A stretch of 64,000 nucleotides of DNA from Candidatus Roizmanbacteria bacterium (GTDB lineage Bacteria > Patescibacteriota > Microgenomatia > UBA1406 > GWC2-37-13). The notes below the pieces were generated by a model, which saw only the letters and a program-made list of their open reading frames with translations, was not told the DNA's origin and searched no databases. The translations under genes and the position numbers were made by a program. Location: NCBI GenBank assembly GCA_012798265.1, contig JAAZNM010000002.1, positions 6,890 to 70,889 on the forward strand, given 5' to 3'. Below, piece by piece: positions 8,862-17,818 of the stretch; the stretch's first letter is position 1; each line of letters starts with the position of its first letter.

Positions 8862-10049
8862 ATGGGAAAAATCACCTACATTGATGAAGCCGATATAAAA
8901 AACAATAAAATATTGTTAAGGGTGGATTTTAATATCTCCTTGACCGATCAGAACGCCATAGCCGACGACACCCGCATCCGCCAGGCTTTGCCAACCATCA
9001 AATATCTGCTCGAAAGGAAAAACAGACTGGTAATTGTCTCTCATTTTGGCCGGCCCAAAACCAGGGACAGTCAGTTCTCCATGAAGATAATTGCCGACTA
9101 TCTGAAAAATTTTTTGAGCGGATACCGGATCGGCTTGATCGACGATTTTTTGACTGATGACGGTAAAAACCAGATCAAAAACCAGCAGGAAAATGAGGTC
9201 CTGATGTTGGAAAATATCCGTTTTTATCCTCAGGAAAAGAAAAACGATCCTGATTTCGCCAAAACTTTGGCTTCTTTAGCTGACGTTTATGTCAATGACG
9301 CTTTTGGTGTCTGCCACAGAAACGACGCTTCGGTTGTCGGACCGCCTCAGTTTATCCCTTCATTCGGAGGCCTGCTGCTTAAAAAAGAAATAACTACTAT
9401 CGGCAACGCCCTAAAAAATCCCGGAAAACCGTTTGCGGTTGTTATCGGCGGTGCCAAAATATCAACCAAAATTAGCCTCATAAATAAGTTTATAGAGATC
9501 GCCGATTATATCCTTATCGGCGGCGGTCTGGCCAATACCTTTATCTATTCTCAGGGACACGATATCGGCGGCAGTTTCTGCGAATGCCAGGAGGCAGACA
9601 AAGCCAAACAGATGCTTCTTTCCGCATCGCAAAAAAATACTACCATTATCCTGCCGGAAGATGTGGTCGTCCTTGCCTCCGGAGATGGGAAAAAAACAAA
9701 AAAAATAAAAAAGGTGGACGAGATTGCCAAGGACGAGTCGATCCTGGATATCGGCCCGGAGACGCGAACCCGGTTTGGATCGGTTATCGCCCGGGCAAAG
9801 ACCATTGTCTGGAACGGACCGGTTGGTTACTTTGAAAACCCCGAATTCAGGGAAGGCACCGACTTCGTCTATGAGGCGATTGTAAAAAATGAGGGCGCAG
9901 TCTCGATCGTCGGCGGCGGCGATACTTTGGCCGCTATCTCAAAAAAAGAACATCTTGACAAGATTACCCATATCTCCACCGGTGGCGGCGCTATGCTTGA
10001 GCTTATCGAAAAAGGCACTTTGCCGGGAATTGAAGCTTTAAAAAAATAA
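8862..10049 (+). CDS. pgk: Phosphoglycerate kinase
   Basis: RVDFN...DDTRIRQALPTIKYL, SHFGRPK, GGGDTLAA and STGGGAMLE. Confidence 0.93.
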   Translation: MGKITYIDEADIKNNKILLRVDFNISLTDQNAIADDTRIRQALPTIKYLLERKNRLVIVSHFGRPKTRDSQFSMKIIADYLKNFLSGYRIGLIDDFLTDDGKNQIKNQQENEVLMLENIRFYPQEKKNDPDFAKTLASLADVYVNDAFGVCHRNDASVVGPPQFIPSFGGLLLKKEITTIGNALKNPGKPFAVVIGGAKISTKISLINKFIEIADYILIGGGLANTFIYSQGHDIGGSFCECQEADKAKQMLLSASQKNTTIILPEDVVVLASGDGKKTKKIKKVDEIAKDESILDIGPETRTRFGSVIARAKTIVWNGPVGYFENPEFREGTDFVYEAIVKNEGAVSIVGGGDTLAAISKKEHLDKITHISTGGGAMLELIEKGTLPGIEALKK

Positions 10050-10448
10050 TCATCTGCGGATAAGTTCTATCACCCGATTGACCGCTCTCGGCGACTCGGC
10101 CAGAGCCGGTTGGATGCTTTTTTCTATTGAAGGCAGGTAACTTTTTCCGATCAAACGACCGTCTTCGAGCCAATAAAGGTCAAGATCAAGATGGGTATCG
10201 TAATTCCAAAAGGTCAACAACCGTTTCTCGGGAAATATAAAAATCATTCCATCAAAATCAACCGGTTTTTTGTAGGACATCAGTCCTTTTTCCCTGGTTT
10301 TCTGATTATCGGCCACCAAAAGACAGTAATTTTTCCCCTCCAGCTTAAAATTGGAGCACTTTTGTTTTTTTGGCCAAAGAAAAAAACCGGAAACACAAAT
10401 GATCACAGCCGACAATGAAATCAGTATAAGTTTTTTTTTGTTTGTCAT
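10050..10448 (-). CDS. DUF192-like secreted protein
   Basis: 132 aa with an N-terminal signal/TM segment. DGMIFIFPEKR...WNYDTHLDLDLYWL resembles the DUF192 fold family. Confidence 0.6.
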   Translation of the reverse strand: MTNKKKLILISLSAVIICVSGFFLWPKKQKCSNFKLEGKNYCLLVADNQKTREKGLMSYKKPVDFDGMIFIFPEKRLLTFWNYDTHLDLDLYWLEDGRLIGKSYLPSIEKSIQPALAESPRAVNRVIELIRR

Positions 10449-10456
10449 AAAAAATG

Positions 10457-10530
10457 TCGGAGTGGCCGGACTTGAACCGGCGACCTTACGCTCCCAAAGC
10501 GTACGTTCTGGCCATCTGAACTACACTCCG
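10457..10530 (-). tRNA. tRNA-Pro (anticodon TGG)
   Basis: The reverse complement folds as a cloverleaf: acceptor CGGAGTG/CACTCCG, D stem GTTC/GAAC, anticodon stem TACGC/GCGTA with loop TTTGGGA, and T arm GCCGG-TTCAAGT-CCGGC. CCA is not encoded. Confidence 0.93.
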
Positions 10531-10652
10531 TTAAAGATCACAAATTATCCTTCGACTTCACTCAAGACAAGCAACCGCAAGAAAAAGCCAATAGGAGTAT
10601 TTTATCAAATCAGAGGCTTGTTTGATTGTTCAAAATCAAATAAACTAAAGTT

Positions 10653-11210
10653 ATGGGCCTAAAAAAATTAATGAAAAACAAGTCGGCTCTTTTTTTCGTA
10701 TACGTTTTTTTGGTTCTTTTATCTTTTGTCCTGCCTCCGGTAACTGAGGATAAAAAACCAATTCATAAGCTTTCTCCCACTCCTCAAGCGGCCAAAACTG
10801 CTTATGTTACCCGCGTTATTGACGGTGATACAGTCGAGATCGAAGGCGGACAAAAAGTCAGATACATCGGTGTTGACAGTCCCGAACTTCATCATCCGAC
10901 AAAAGCAGTCCAATGCTTTGCCCAAGAAGCCATGGAAAAAAATCGTTCGCTTGTCGAAGGAAAAAATGTCAGATTGGAAAAAGATGTTTCCGATACCGAT
11001 AAATACGGTCGGCTCCTCAGATACGTATATCTTGAAGATGCAAACGCCACTTCGTCGTCTATTTTTGTCAATGAATATCTCGTTGATCAGGGTTATGCCT
11101 ATGCCGTCAGTTTCCCTCCCGATATTAAATTCATCGACCGATTTATCAAAGCCCAGGAAAAAGCCCGCCAAAATAACCGGGGATTATGGCTATCTTGCAA
11201 AAGGCAGTAA
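10653..11210 (+). CDS. Secreted thermonuclease (staphylococcal nuclease, SNase-like)
   Basis: Signal peptide followed by VTRVIDGDTVEI...VRYIGVDSPE...DKYGRLLRYVY. Confidence 0.82.
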   Translation: MGLKKLMKNKSALFFVYVFLVLLSFVLPPVTEDKKPIHKLSPTPQAAKTAYVTRVIDGDTVEIEGGQKVRYIGVDSPELHHPTKAVQCFAQEAMEKNRSLVEGKNVRLEKDVSDTDKYGRLLRYVYLEDANATSSSIFVNEYLVDQGYAYAVSFPPDIKFIDRFIKAQEKARQNNRGLWLSCKRQ

Positions 11211-12707
11211 TATCATCGCATCAATCCCTTTCCACGGATTGACCATAAACTGGAGATTTGTTTCTTTTGGTAATTTTTCTTTGTTGTCGTAAAGACTTTG
11301 GGCATATTTTAGGTTGGCTTTCGGATCAATAATCGTAATCGTATCTTTCCTAATATCTTCCAAAGAAAAATCCGTTGATTTTGGCTTAAATATTTCCGGT
11401 TTAACGTTTTTGTTTAAAAAATAATCTACCCGTTCATCTTTTAACATTGACGATGATACTGATATTTTCCTGCCAGGCAATTTGTTCATGAAATTGACCA
11501 GATTAACCATCCTGACCCCGTTGCTTTCATAGATAAAAAAGTTATCCGGTTGATAAAAATACCAACTCCAGTTAGTCCAGATGATAGCTCCGACCAACAA
11601 GAAATAAACGAGTGTCGTCATCCGCTTTTTTGAAACAAACGTATTCCAAAGTCCCTCCATGGCAAAAGCCGACCAAAAATAGACTATCGGAATAACTCCG
11701 GCCAGTCGTAGGGTGTGAGGATGTCCGGTACCGTAGTAATGGAACTCCGGAAAAATCTCAACCGTAAATATATCGTTAACAAACGAAGGAACAAGCAAAA
11801 ACAGGCTTATCCAAAACAGTTGCCGATCTTTCTTAAAAAGGAGATAGAGACCTCCAAAAGACAAAATAGTCGTCAGAGGATCAAAAAAAGGTCGTGAAGA
11901 AGGATTATGTCTTGGGTTCGGATCACCGTTTCCGACAAAAATATTTATTTCTCTTAATATATTTCCCTTTATCTCATTGACTATCTCATGTTTTGGCAGT
12001 CCCTGATTAAAAACCGATACCGATTTTGTCCTTGACCAAAGATTATCCCAATGATTAACGCCATAACTGATAAGCGAAAAAACGCTTAATAATATAAAAA
12101 ACGTCGTTATCAATATTTTTTTTGATTTTTCTTTAATATTTTTGTTTATCCCAACGACAGTAAATAAAGCAACAAAATAAAAAACCGCCATCGTCCTAAA
12201 TGACAGGTAAGTATTTAAACCCAATCCCAAAGATAATCCTAAACCAATATAATCTTTATAACTGTCTTTTCTGAGTATTTTTACCAAAAAGAAGAACGAT
12301 GACAACTGGAAAAACATCGCCGCCGTTACCTCATAGCCAAATCTGGAAACGACCAGATGAGGATAAGAAAAAACCATAAACAAAGAGCACAAAAAAGCCG
12401 GCCATTTTTTGAAAAATAATCGGATAAAGACGAAAAACATACAGACGTCGAGAGCGCCAAAAACAAGACTGACCAGACGAATTGAGAGCATCGATCTGCC
12501 AAAAAATGAAATAGCCAACCCCATCAGGTAAAAAAGACCGGTCGGATGACCGTAGTTGTCGGTTACATACGGCAGGTAATGAGATGTGGTTAACAGCTTT
12601 TCGGCTATACGGGCAAATGATATCTCATCCCCCCACATGCCGGGAGTGAGCACGCCGATCTTGTACAGACGAACAGCTAAAGCAACTATAAAAAGTCCTA
12701 TGGTCAT
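11190..12707 (-). CDS. GT-C fold membrane glycosyltransferase (ArnT/PMT, GT39/83-like)
   Basis: 505 aa and polytopic, with a DE motif in the first loop (GMWGDEISFA). Its start overlaps the stop of the upstream repeat protein by 1 nt (TAATG). Confidence 0.7.
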   Translation of the reverse strand: MTIGLFIVALAVRLYKIGVLTPGMWGDEISFARIAEKLLTTSHYLPYVTDNYGHPTGLFYLMGLAISFFGRSMLSIRLVSLVFGALDVCMFFVFIRLFFKKWPAFLCSLFMVFSYPHLVVSRFGYEVTAAMFFQLSSFFFLVKILRKDSYKDYIGLGLSLGLGLNTYLSFRTMAVFYFVALFTVVGINKNIKEKSKKILITTFFILLSVFSLISYGVNHWDNLWSRTKSVSVFNQGLPKHEIVNEIKGNILREINIFVGNGDPNPRHNPSSRPFFDPLTTILSFGGLYLLFKKDRQLFWISLFLLVPSFVNDIFTVEIFPEFHYYGTGHPHTLRLAGVIPIVYFWSAFAMEGLWNTFVSKKRMTTLVYFLLVGAIIWTNWSWYFYQPDNFFIYESNGVRMVNLVNFMNKLPGRKISVSSSMLKDERVDYFLNKNVKPEIFKPKSTDFSLEDIRKDTITIIDPKANLKYAQSLYDNKEKLPKETNLQFMVNPWKGIDAMILLPFAR

Positions 12708-13498
12708 TATAGTTTTAATTCCTTCGGAAAAAGAAGAACCGAAACCCTGATTAAATTGGTGATGGCGTGGAATGCCTTTATCTGGTCTTCAAGATTCAAA
12801 TCCTTGTGGGTAAGGTTCACCGGTACCGTAAGATCGACCGGAATCTTTTTGTTTATCTTTATGGTTTTGTTAGGATCTACATATATACTGTCTTTGTCTA
12901 TCTTTATATTTTGATCTATCGGAACGGTAATATTAACAGGAACGTTTTGCCTGACCGGAACGGTTGTCTTTACCGGCACGGTCATCTTTATCGGTATGGT
13001 TGTTTTTATGGGAATGCTTAGATTGACCGGAATATTGGCCTGGATGGGAATACTGAGTTGGACCGTTCCGACCATAGGTAAAGTGACGTTGGTCGTGACC
13101 GTCTGGTTGATGGGGATGTTTTGGTTGATCGTTACGGTTTGATCGATCGGAACCGACTGGTCAACGTCTATTTTTTGGTCAACCGGAATATCCATGTTTA
13201 CCGGAACGGTTGTCTTTACCGGAATATTGTCTTTTACCCTGACCGAGCTTGGTATAACCGAATAGATATCGATCACGTCTTTAAGGAACATCTCAAAATT
13301 AACCGGAACATCCTGCCTAACCTTAACATTCACCTTAATGCTTTTTACCACCAGATCAAGCAGCGACTCGTCAAGTGCCTCGGTCATCAATCTCACCCTT
13401 GCCTGAACATAGAAAAAAACTACGGTCAAGAGTAGAATTATCACTAAAGAAGGCAGATAGGAGAGTATTTTTTTTAGGCGATTATTATCGTTATCCAT
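12707..13498 (-). CDS. Membrane-anchored hexapeptide-repeat protein ([IV]-P-[IV]-x-x-x)n
   Basis: 263 aa with one N-terminal TM helix, then about 18-20 consecutive six-residue units (IPVKTT VPVNMD IPVDQK ... VPVKTT VPVRQN VPVNIT VPIDQN). The DNA repeats internally; for example CCGGAACGGTTGTCTTTACCGG occurs at about 12956 and about 13202. Confidence 0.7.
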   Translation of the reverse strand: MDNDNNRLKKILSYLPSLVIILLLTVVFFYVQARVRLMTEALDESLLDLVVKSIKVNVKVRQDVPVNFEMFLKDVIDIYSVIPSSVRVKDNIPVKTTVPVNMDIPVDQKIDVDQSVPIDQTVTINQNIPINQTVTTNVTLPMVGTVQLSIPIQANIPVNLSIPIKTTIPIKMTVPVKTTVPVRQNVPVNITVPIDQNIKIDKDSIYVDPNKTIKINKKIPVDLTVPVNLTHKDLNLEDQIKAFHAITNLIRVSVLLFPKELKL

Positions 13499-13537
13499 AG
13501 TAACGAGTATACCTGTAAACTTTAAACAAAATCAAAT

Positions 13538-13864
13538 ATGGACTCATTAAAAAACCGAGTATATAAACTTTTAAAACAGGTGCCTTTGGGAAAAATCACC
13601 ACGTACAAATTATTGGCGGAGGCATCGGGAACAAAAGCCTACCGGGCAATCGGACAGATACTTAAAAATAATCCGTATGCCCCACAAGTTCCTTGTCATC
13701 GGGTCGTAAAAAACGATGGGACGGTCGGCGGTTTTATGGGGAAAACATCAGGCAAAACCGTTGCCAAAAAAATCAGGATGCTTGTTAACGAAGGTATTAT
13801 TTTCAATGGTAAAAAAATTGTCGATTTTGACAAGGTTGTTTTTGCCGATTTCAAAATCATTTAG
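13538..13864 (+). CDS. ogt: Methylated-DNA--protein-cysteine methyltransferase, DNA-binding/active-site domain only
   Basis: 108 aa with the active-site motif VPCHRVV and helix-turn-wing TTYKLLAEASG. Confidence 0.82.
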   Translation: MDSLKNRVYKLLKQVPLGKITTYKLLAEASGTKAYRAIGQILKNNPYAPQVPCHRVVKNDGTVGGFMGKTSGKTVAKKIRMLVNEGIIFNGKKIVDFDKVVFADFKII

Positions 13865-14120
13865 TCAATCGGAGGTGTCCGTTGCCAGAAGCAAGAGACG
13901 GGAATCTGTGGCGAAGACCCCGAGAGACGCCGTTAGAAGACTTGGCGTTACCTATCGCCTGAATGATTTTGTCCTCAGAAGCTATTCCTGCCATAGCCTG
14001 GACGACATAAGCTATAGACAGCTGGGCATTGTCATAAGCCTCAAGTTGATCGGCCGGACGATATTCTTGGTACGATTTGAACAACTGTTTCACTTGACGG
14101 CTAAGTTCTATATTTACCAT
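13857..14120 (-). CDS. Hypothetical small protein
   Basis: 87-aa ORF from ATG 14120, immediately after the ROK kinase stop. No recognisable motif. Confidence 0.3.
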   Translation of the reverse strand: MVNIELSRQVKQLFKSYQEYRPADQLEAYDNAQLSIAYVVQAMAGIASEDKIIQAIGNAKSSNGVSRGLRHRFPSLASGNGHLRLTK

Positions 14121-14121
14121 A

Positions 14122-15237
14122 TTAATTTGTGTTGGATAAGGTGGCTCCGGCAATTGCCGCACCCAAAAAACAAGTATTGTCGATTCCCATACTGGGCGTA
14201 GAAACCAGGGCGATTTTGTCGACCGATGTATTATCGTGTTTGGCCAATATTTTTTTGATCCTGTCGGTCATTCCTTCGGTTTTTATTCCGCCTCCGGAAA
14301 CAATGACGGTTGTATCTTTCAGATCGAAACCCAAAGTCATTGTCATGCCGGCTATGACATGAGCCAATATCCGGGAAGAACAATCGAACAGGGATAATGC
14401 CCTGCTATCGCCGGAATACATTAATTCGGCTATCTCTTTGCCCGACCGTTTGTTTCCGGTCAACATCTCCCATTGTTTTTCGACAAAAGCTCCTACGGCC
14501 CCTACCCTCTCAAGACAGACATGATCCCATCCGGAATAAAGACCGCAAGGTTTGTCGATTTGATACGGATTCAATTCCTCTATAACCGGTATATGGCCCG
14601 GTTCCATCGATATGATGTCGCCGTCTTTGTTTAAGGCTGCGCCTCCGATACCGCCGCTGAAAATAACATGGACTAAATTTGATCTTAATAACTGTTGTGG
14701 AACCTTGACGCCACCGATGGTTAATCCGGCCGATGCATCGTTAAGAACGGAGACTGAACCGAAAATATTTTTGAATCCGCCCATTTCTTTTAGATTATCC
14801 GTAAAAACGTGCAGATTCGGGCTGATCTCAAGATCGCCGTTTTCGTCGACGACACCGGCGGTCGACACGCCGACAGGCAGTTCCGGATACTGATCTCTCA
14901 TCCTTAACATCGCCGGCAGGTAGTTTGTGCCTTCGTTTTCCGATTGAACCGTGGCTACCATATTTTCCTCAATAACAACCATACCCTGACGGACTGTGAC
15001 CTCCCCCATCTTTACGGCGGTGCCGCCGATATCAAAAACAAGCACTTTGGTCGGATTGGGATTGTTAAAGGCCCCGATCCCTTCAGAGATGTCAAATCTT
15101 CCGCTTTTTTTAGCAAGAAGCGCCTTGGGAGTAAACAGATCCAGTTGTCGAGGATACAGATCCGGAACCGGAAGATTGGTTAAAAAATCAGCCCTGCGTT
15201 CGGGTGACATAATTTTTTTGCTATTATAGCAACCCAA
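14122..15237 (-). CDS. ROK-family sugar kinase (glucokinase-like)
   Basis: VFDIGGTAVKMG phosphate-1 motif, GVSTAGVVDENG, LNDASAG and SGGIGGA. It has a 60-70 aa N-terminal extension, so the start is uncertain. Confidence 0.72.
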   Translation of the reverse strand: MGCYNSKKIMSPERRADFLTNLPVPDLYPRQLDLFTPKALLAKKSGRFDISEGIGAFNNPNPTKVLVFDIGGTAVKMGEVTVRQGMVVIEENMVATVQSENEGTNYLPAMLRMRDQYPELPVGVSTAGVVDENGDLEISPNLHVFTDNLKEMGGFKNIFGSVSVLNDASAGLTIGGVKVPQQLLRSNLVHVIFSGGIGGAALNKDGDIISMEPGHIPVIEELNPYQIDKPCGLYSGWDHVCLERVGAVGAFVEKQWEMLTGNKRSGKEIAELMYSGDSRALSLFDCSSRILAHVIAGMTMTLGFDLKDTTVIVSGGGIKTEGMTDRIKKILAKHDNTSVDKIALVSTPSMGIDNTCFLGAAIAGATLSNTN

Positions 15238-15289
15238 AACTTATATAGCAAGTAAATTTACGTCGCCCAGAATTAATTCCGATCCGGCT

Positions 15290-16042
15290 TTAGGTTTTTA
15301 TACCGAAAAACACCGTCGCCGCTCCCAGTATAAACGTCAGAATTCCAACCGTAGTCGTCAGTTTCTTCCGGTCCCTGAATTTGTTTAAAGCGATCGGGCC
15401 TAAATAACCGCCGATCATCGCCCCTGCCGACAAAAGAAAGATCAGGTTTCCTTTTGGCCATCCGTTAATGAAAATCCAAACGGCAAAACCTGTAAGACAG
15501 ATGGGGACTTCGGCAAAATCTGTAGTAACAATAGAGTCTTTAGGACCTCTGCCGCTGACTATCTGACCGGAAGACATAATCGGCCCGAACCCTCCGCCGC
15601 TCATCGCTTTGTTAAAACCTCCAAGCAGACTCAGCGCCGTAATTTTCTCCCAGTTGAATTTGAATTTTTTTTTACTTAGGACAAACAGTCCCATACCGAT
15701 ACATAAAACGCCTATATAATTCTTAAGAAAGATTTTGGGGATGATACTGGCACCGACAAATGCCCCTATTATCGTCGCGATTACTCCCAACGATCCGACC
15801 ATAGACGCAATTTTCATATTTATCCCTTTTGGATCAAAAACACGGGCGTTTTTAAGTTTGTTGTGCCTTAAGGAAGCGATTCCTCCTCCCAAAGCCTGAG
15901 ACAGCAAAATCGCCGGGATAAGCAGCTTCGGGTCATAACCAAGGAGAATAAGGACCGGCGATAATATCGTCCCATACATCATTCCCAGATAGCTATCAAT
16001 AAACTCACATATTAAAGCGATTGCGACTATGGCTGCCGACAT
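15290..16042 (-). CDS. TauE/SafE family sulfite/anion exporter
   Basis: 250 aa and polytopic. The N-terminus ICEFIDSYLGMMYGTILSPVLILLG is typical of TauE. Confidence 0.72.
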   Translation of the reverse strand: MSAAIVAIALICEFIDSYLGMMYGTILSPVLILLGYDPKLLIPAILLSQALGGGIASLRHNKLKNARVFDPKGINMKIASMVGSLGVIATIIGAFVGASIIPKIFLKNYIGVLCIGMGLFVLSKKKFKFNWEKITALSLLGGFNKAMSGGGFGPIMSSGQIVSGRGPKDSIVTTDFAEVPICLTGFAVWIFINGWPKGNLIFLLSAGAMIGGYLGPIALNKFRDRKKLTTTVGILTFILGAATVFFGIKT

Positions 16043-16054
16043 AATATGGACAAA

Positions 16055-16468
16055 TTATATTTCTTCTTCCGTAATAACCTTAATACCTTTTTGTTTCAAT
16101 AAGCGAGTCAATATTCCATCCCCTTTTACTAATCTCATTGAAAAAGTTCCGTCGTAAATGCGGTTATTTCCACATGAAGGAGATCGTGCTTTTAAGATGG
16201 CTTTTTTTGCTCCGACAAGTTCAGCCAGTTTTAATACTTCGTTTGCTCCCTTCAAATATTGTTCGGTTACATCTTTTCCGTCTTTGGTCATTACTTTGCC
16301 GTCTTTTATTTCGGCAGGAGATCTTGGGATGGGTAATCCCCCAAGTATCTCGGGACAAACAGGTATGGCTTTGCCGGATCTGACCATTTTTATTATTTCG
16401 CGGCAAGGTTTAGATTTACCGTCGTAACGACAGTTTATTCCAACCAAACAAGCGCTGACAATCTTCAT
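16055..16468 (-). CDS. DUF523 protein (TudS-like)
   Basis: MKIVSACLVGINCRYDGKSKP signature. The start was set to ATG 16468, which overlaps the NUDIX stop (ATGA). Confidence 0.8.
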   Translation of the reverse strand: MKIVSACLVGINCRYDGKSKPCREIIKMVRSGKAIPVCPEILGGLPIPRSPAEIKDGKVMTKDGKDVTEQYLKGANEVLKLAELVGAKKAILKARSPSCGNNRIYDGTFSMRLVKGDGILTRLLKQKGIKVITEEEI

Positions 16469-16896
16469 TTGGTTTTTTGCTTTTTTACGACTTCTAAATC
16501 TATTTTTGTGATTATCGACAATGGCTGAGGAAGTTTGTCTAAAGTAAACCAACCGATAGCATCGCATTTTTGAGGTTCCATGATTTTTGGTTTTTGACCC
16601 TTTTTTATTTTGGCCAAAAAAGTCGTCGGTACCCAATGCTGTTTTTCGTCAGGAATCAGATGATCGGCGGCCGGAAGCTGTTCGATTACCTCTATATCCA
16701 CCCCATATTCCTCTTTCATCTCGCGTTTTATTGCCTCTTGCAACGTTTCACCGAAGTTGACTTTTCCGCCCGGCACCTCCCAACAACCACGTTCGTTAGT
16801 GGCCTTTTTGCCTCTTTTCGTAAGAAAGAGTTCTCTTTTTCCATTAAAGATCATCGCTCCCACGGCAACACCAATATAATCTATCCCCGGTTTCAT
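16465..16896 (-). CDS. NUDIX hydrolase
   Basis: Nudix box GGKVNFGETLQEAIKREMKEEYGV. Confidence 0.88.
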   Translation of the reverse strand: MKPGIDYIGVAVGAMIFNGKRELFLTKRGKKATNERGCWEVPGGKVNFGETLQEAIKREMKEEYGVDIEVIEQLPAADHLIPDEKQHWVPTTFLAKIKKGQKPKIMEPQKCDAIGWFTLDKLPQPLSIITKIDLEVVKKQKTK

Positions 16897-16975
16897 AAAG
16901 TTATTATAACAAGAAAGCTCTTGTTATCTATCCAAGGGGAAACTAATTTTTTGGGACGTAAATATTCTTTTTAAA

Positions 16976-17299
16976 TCAAAACTGTCTTCGATTGTAATCG
17001 TTTCTGTATCCGCCACCGCCTCCTCTGTTAGGTCTTTCTTCTTTTGGCTTGGCGACGTTAACGATGATTTTTCTTCCTTCCACTTCTTTTTCGGCCATTT
17101 CGGCTAATGCTTTTTCGGCATCGGCTTCATTGGCGAATGTCACAAATCCGAATCCTTTTGAACGTCCGGTATATCTATCATTGATAACTATGGCCTCGGT
17201 AATTTCACCAAAAGGCGAAAACATATCTTTTAACGACTGTTCGTTAACAGACCAAGGCAAGTTACCTACAAATAATTTTTTTTTATCCATATATCCCAC
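16976..17299 (-). CDS. RRM-type RNA-binding protein with Gly-rich tail
   Basis: RNP2 motif LFVGNL and RNP1 motif KGFGFVTF, with C-terminal RGGGGGYRNDY. Confidence 0.9.
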   Translation of the reverse strand: MGYMDKKKLFVGNLPWSVNEQSLKDMFSPFGEITEAIVINDRYTGRSKGFGFVTFANEADAEKALAEMAEKEVEGRKIIVNVAKPKEERPNRGGGGGYRNDYNRRQF

Positions 17300-17551
17300 T
17301 CACCCCCTAACTGTCTTTTTATGAACTGCTAATTTTCTGCTTCTTGCCGATTCCAGCTTTCTTTTTTCCATCTGCAATCGCTTGTTTTTCTGTTTTTTGA
17401 TTTCTTGTTCCATGGCTTTTTGGCATTCTTTATCAGGACAAACTGTCTCTGTATTCTCAATCGTAGAACCGCCAATTTTTTCTTTCCAGGTTTTTACGAC
17501 TATCCTTTCTCTACCGCAACGATAGCAAATATTTTTATAAGGTTTTTGCAT
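17300..17551 (-). CDS. Small zinc-ribbon protein with basic helical tail
   Basis: 83 aa with CYRCG...VCPDKEC (4 Cys). It abuts the RRM gene start. Confidence 0.55.
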   Translation of the reverse strand: MQKPYKNICYRCGRERIVVKTWKEKIGGSTIENTETVCPDKECQKAMEQEIKKQKNKRLQMEKRKLESARSRKLAVHKKTVRG

Positions 17552-17562
17552 AAATAAAGTTG

Positions 17563-17646
17563 TTAATAACGTCGACGATAATGGTCAAATAATTTTTGAT
17601 CGGTAGTCGTTAAAGAGATTTTTCCTACATATATTTTTTTAACCAT
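17563..17646 (-). pseudogene. Truncated RRM gene fragment (RNP2 end only)
   Basis: The 27 codons MVKKIYVGKISLTTTDQKLFDHYRRRY* align with the first 25 residues of the neighbouring RRM protein (KKLFVGNLPWSVNEQSLKDMF), then stop. Confidence 0.45.
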
Positions 17647-17818
17647 AGTTTTTTTAAATTGCACAGTAAGAAGTTGTTTATGATAAGAAAGAACAGGAAG
17701 TTTTATCTTGAATATCTTTAAAAACAATTTCCAACTTGCTTTTATTATACCACAAAAGTTGCCGACATATGTCAAGAATCATATTGGATTAGTCATCCTT
17801 AATGTTTTAAAATATGCT

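Noticed and set aside
5604-10049. fba-glpX-gap-pgk cluster as something unusual
   Set aside because: It is a conventional glycolysis/gluconeogenesis operon. It is noted as a feature set only.
10351-10662. 103-aa plus-strand ORF
   Set aside because: It reads straight through the complement of tRNA-Pro and the DUF192 gene start. It is not coding.
10719-11292. Two alternative-frame ORFs (150 aa minus strand, 162 aa plus strand) over the nuclease gene
   Set aside because: The SNase-like frame has the family motifs and a signal peptide. The alternatives have none.
12707-13498. Periodic nucleotide repeats that could be mistaken for a CRISPR or satellite array
   Set aside because: The period is 18 nt with degenerate copies. 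It lies inside a clean 263-aa ORF with a TM anchor, so it is a coding hexapeptide repeat.
16469-16636. N-terminal extension of the DUF523 ORF
   Set aside because: It overlaps the NUDIX gene. The canonical MKIVSACLVG start forms an ATGA overlap with the NUDIX stop.
16906-16927. Hairpin ATAACAAG-aaagct-CTTGTTAT between the RRM gene and the NUDIX gene as a terminator or attenuator
   Set aside because: The 8-bp stem is AT-rich with no clear U-tract. It sits 10 nt from the NUDIX start and is too weak to call.
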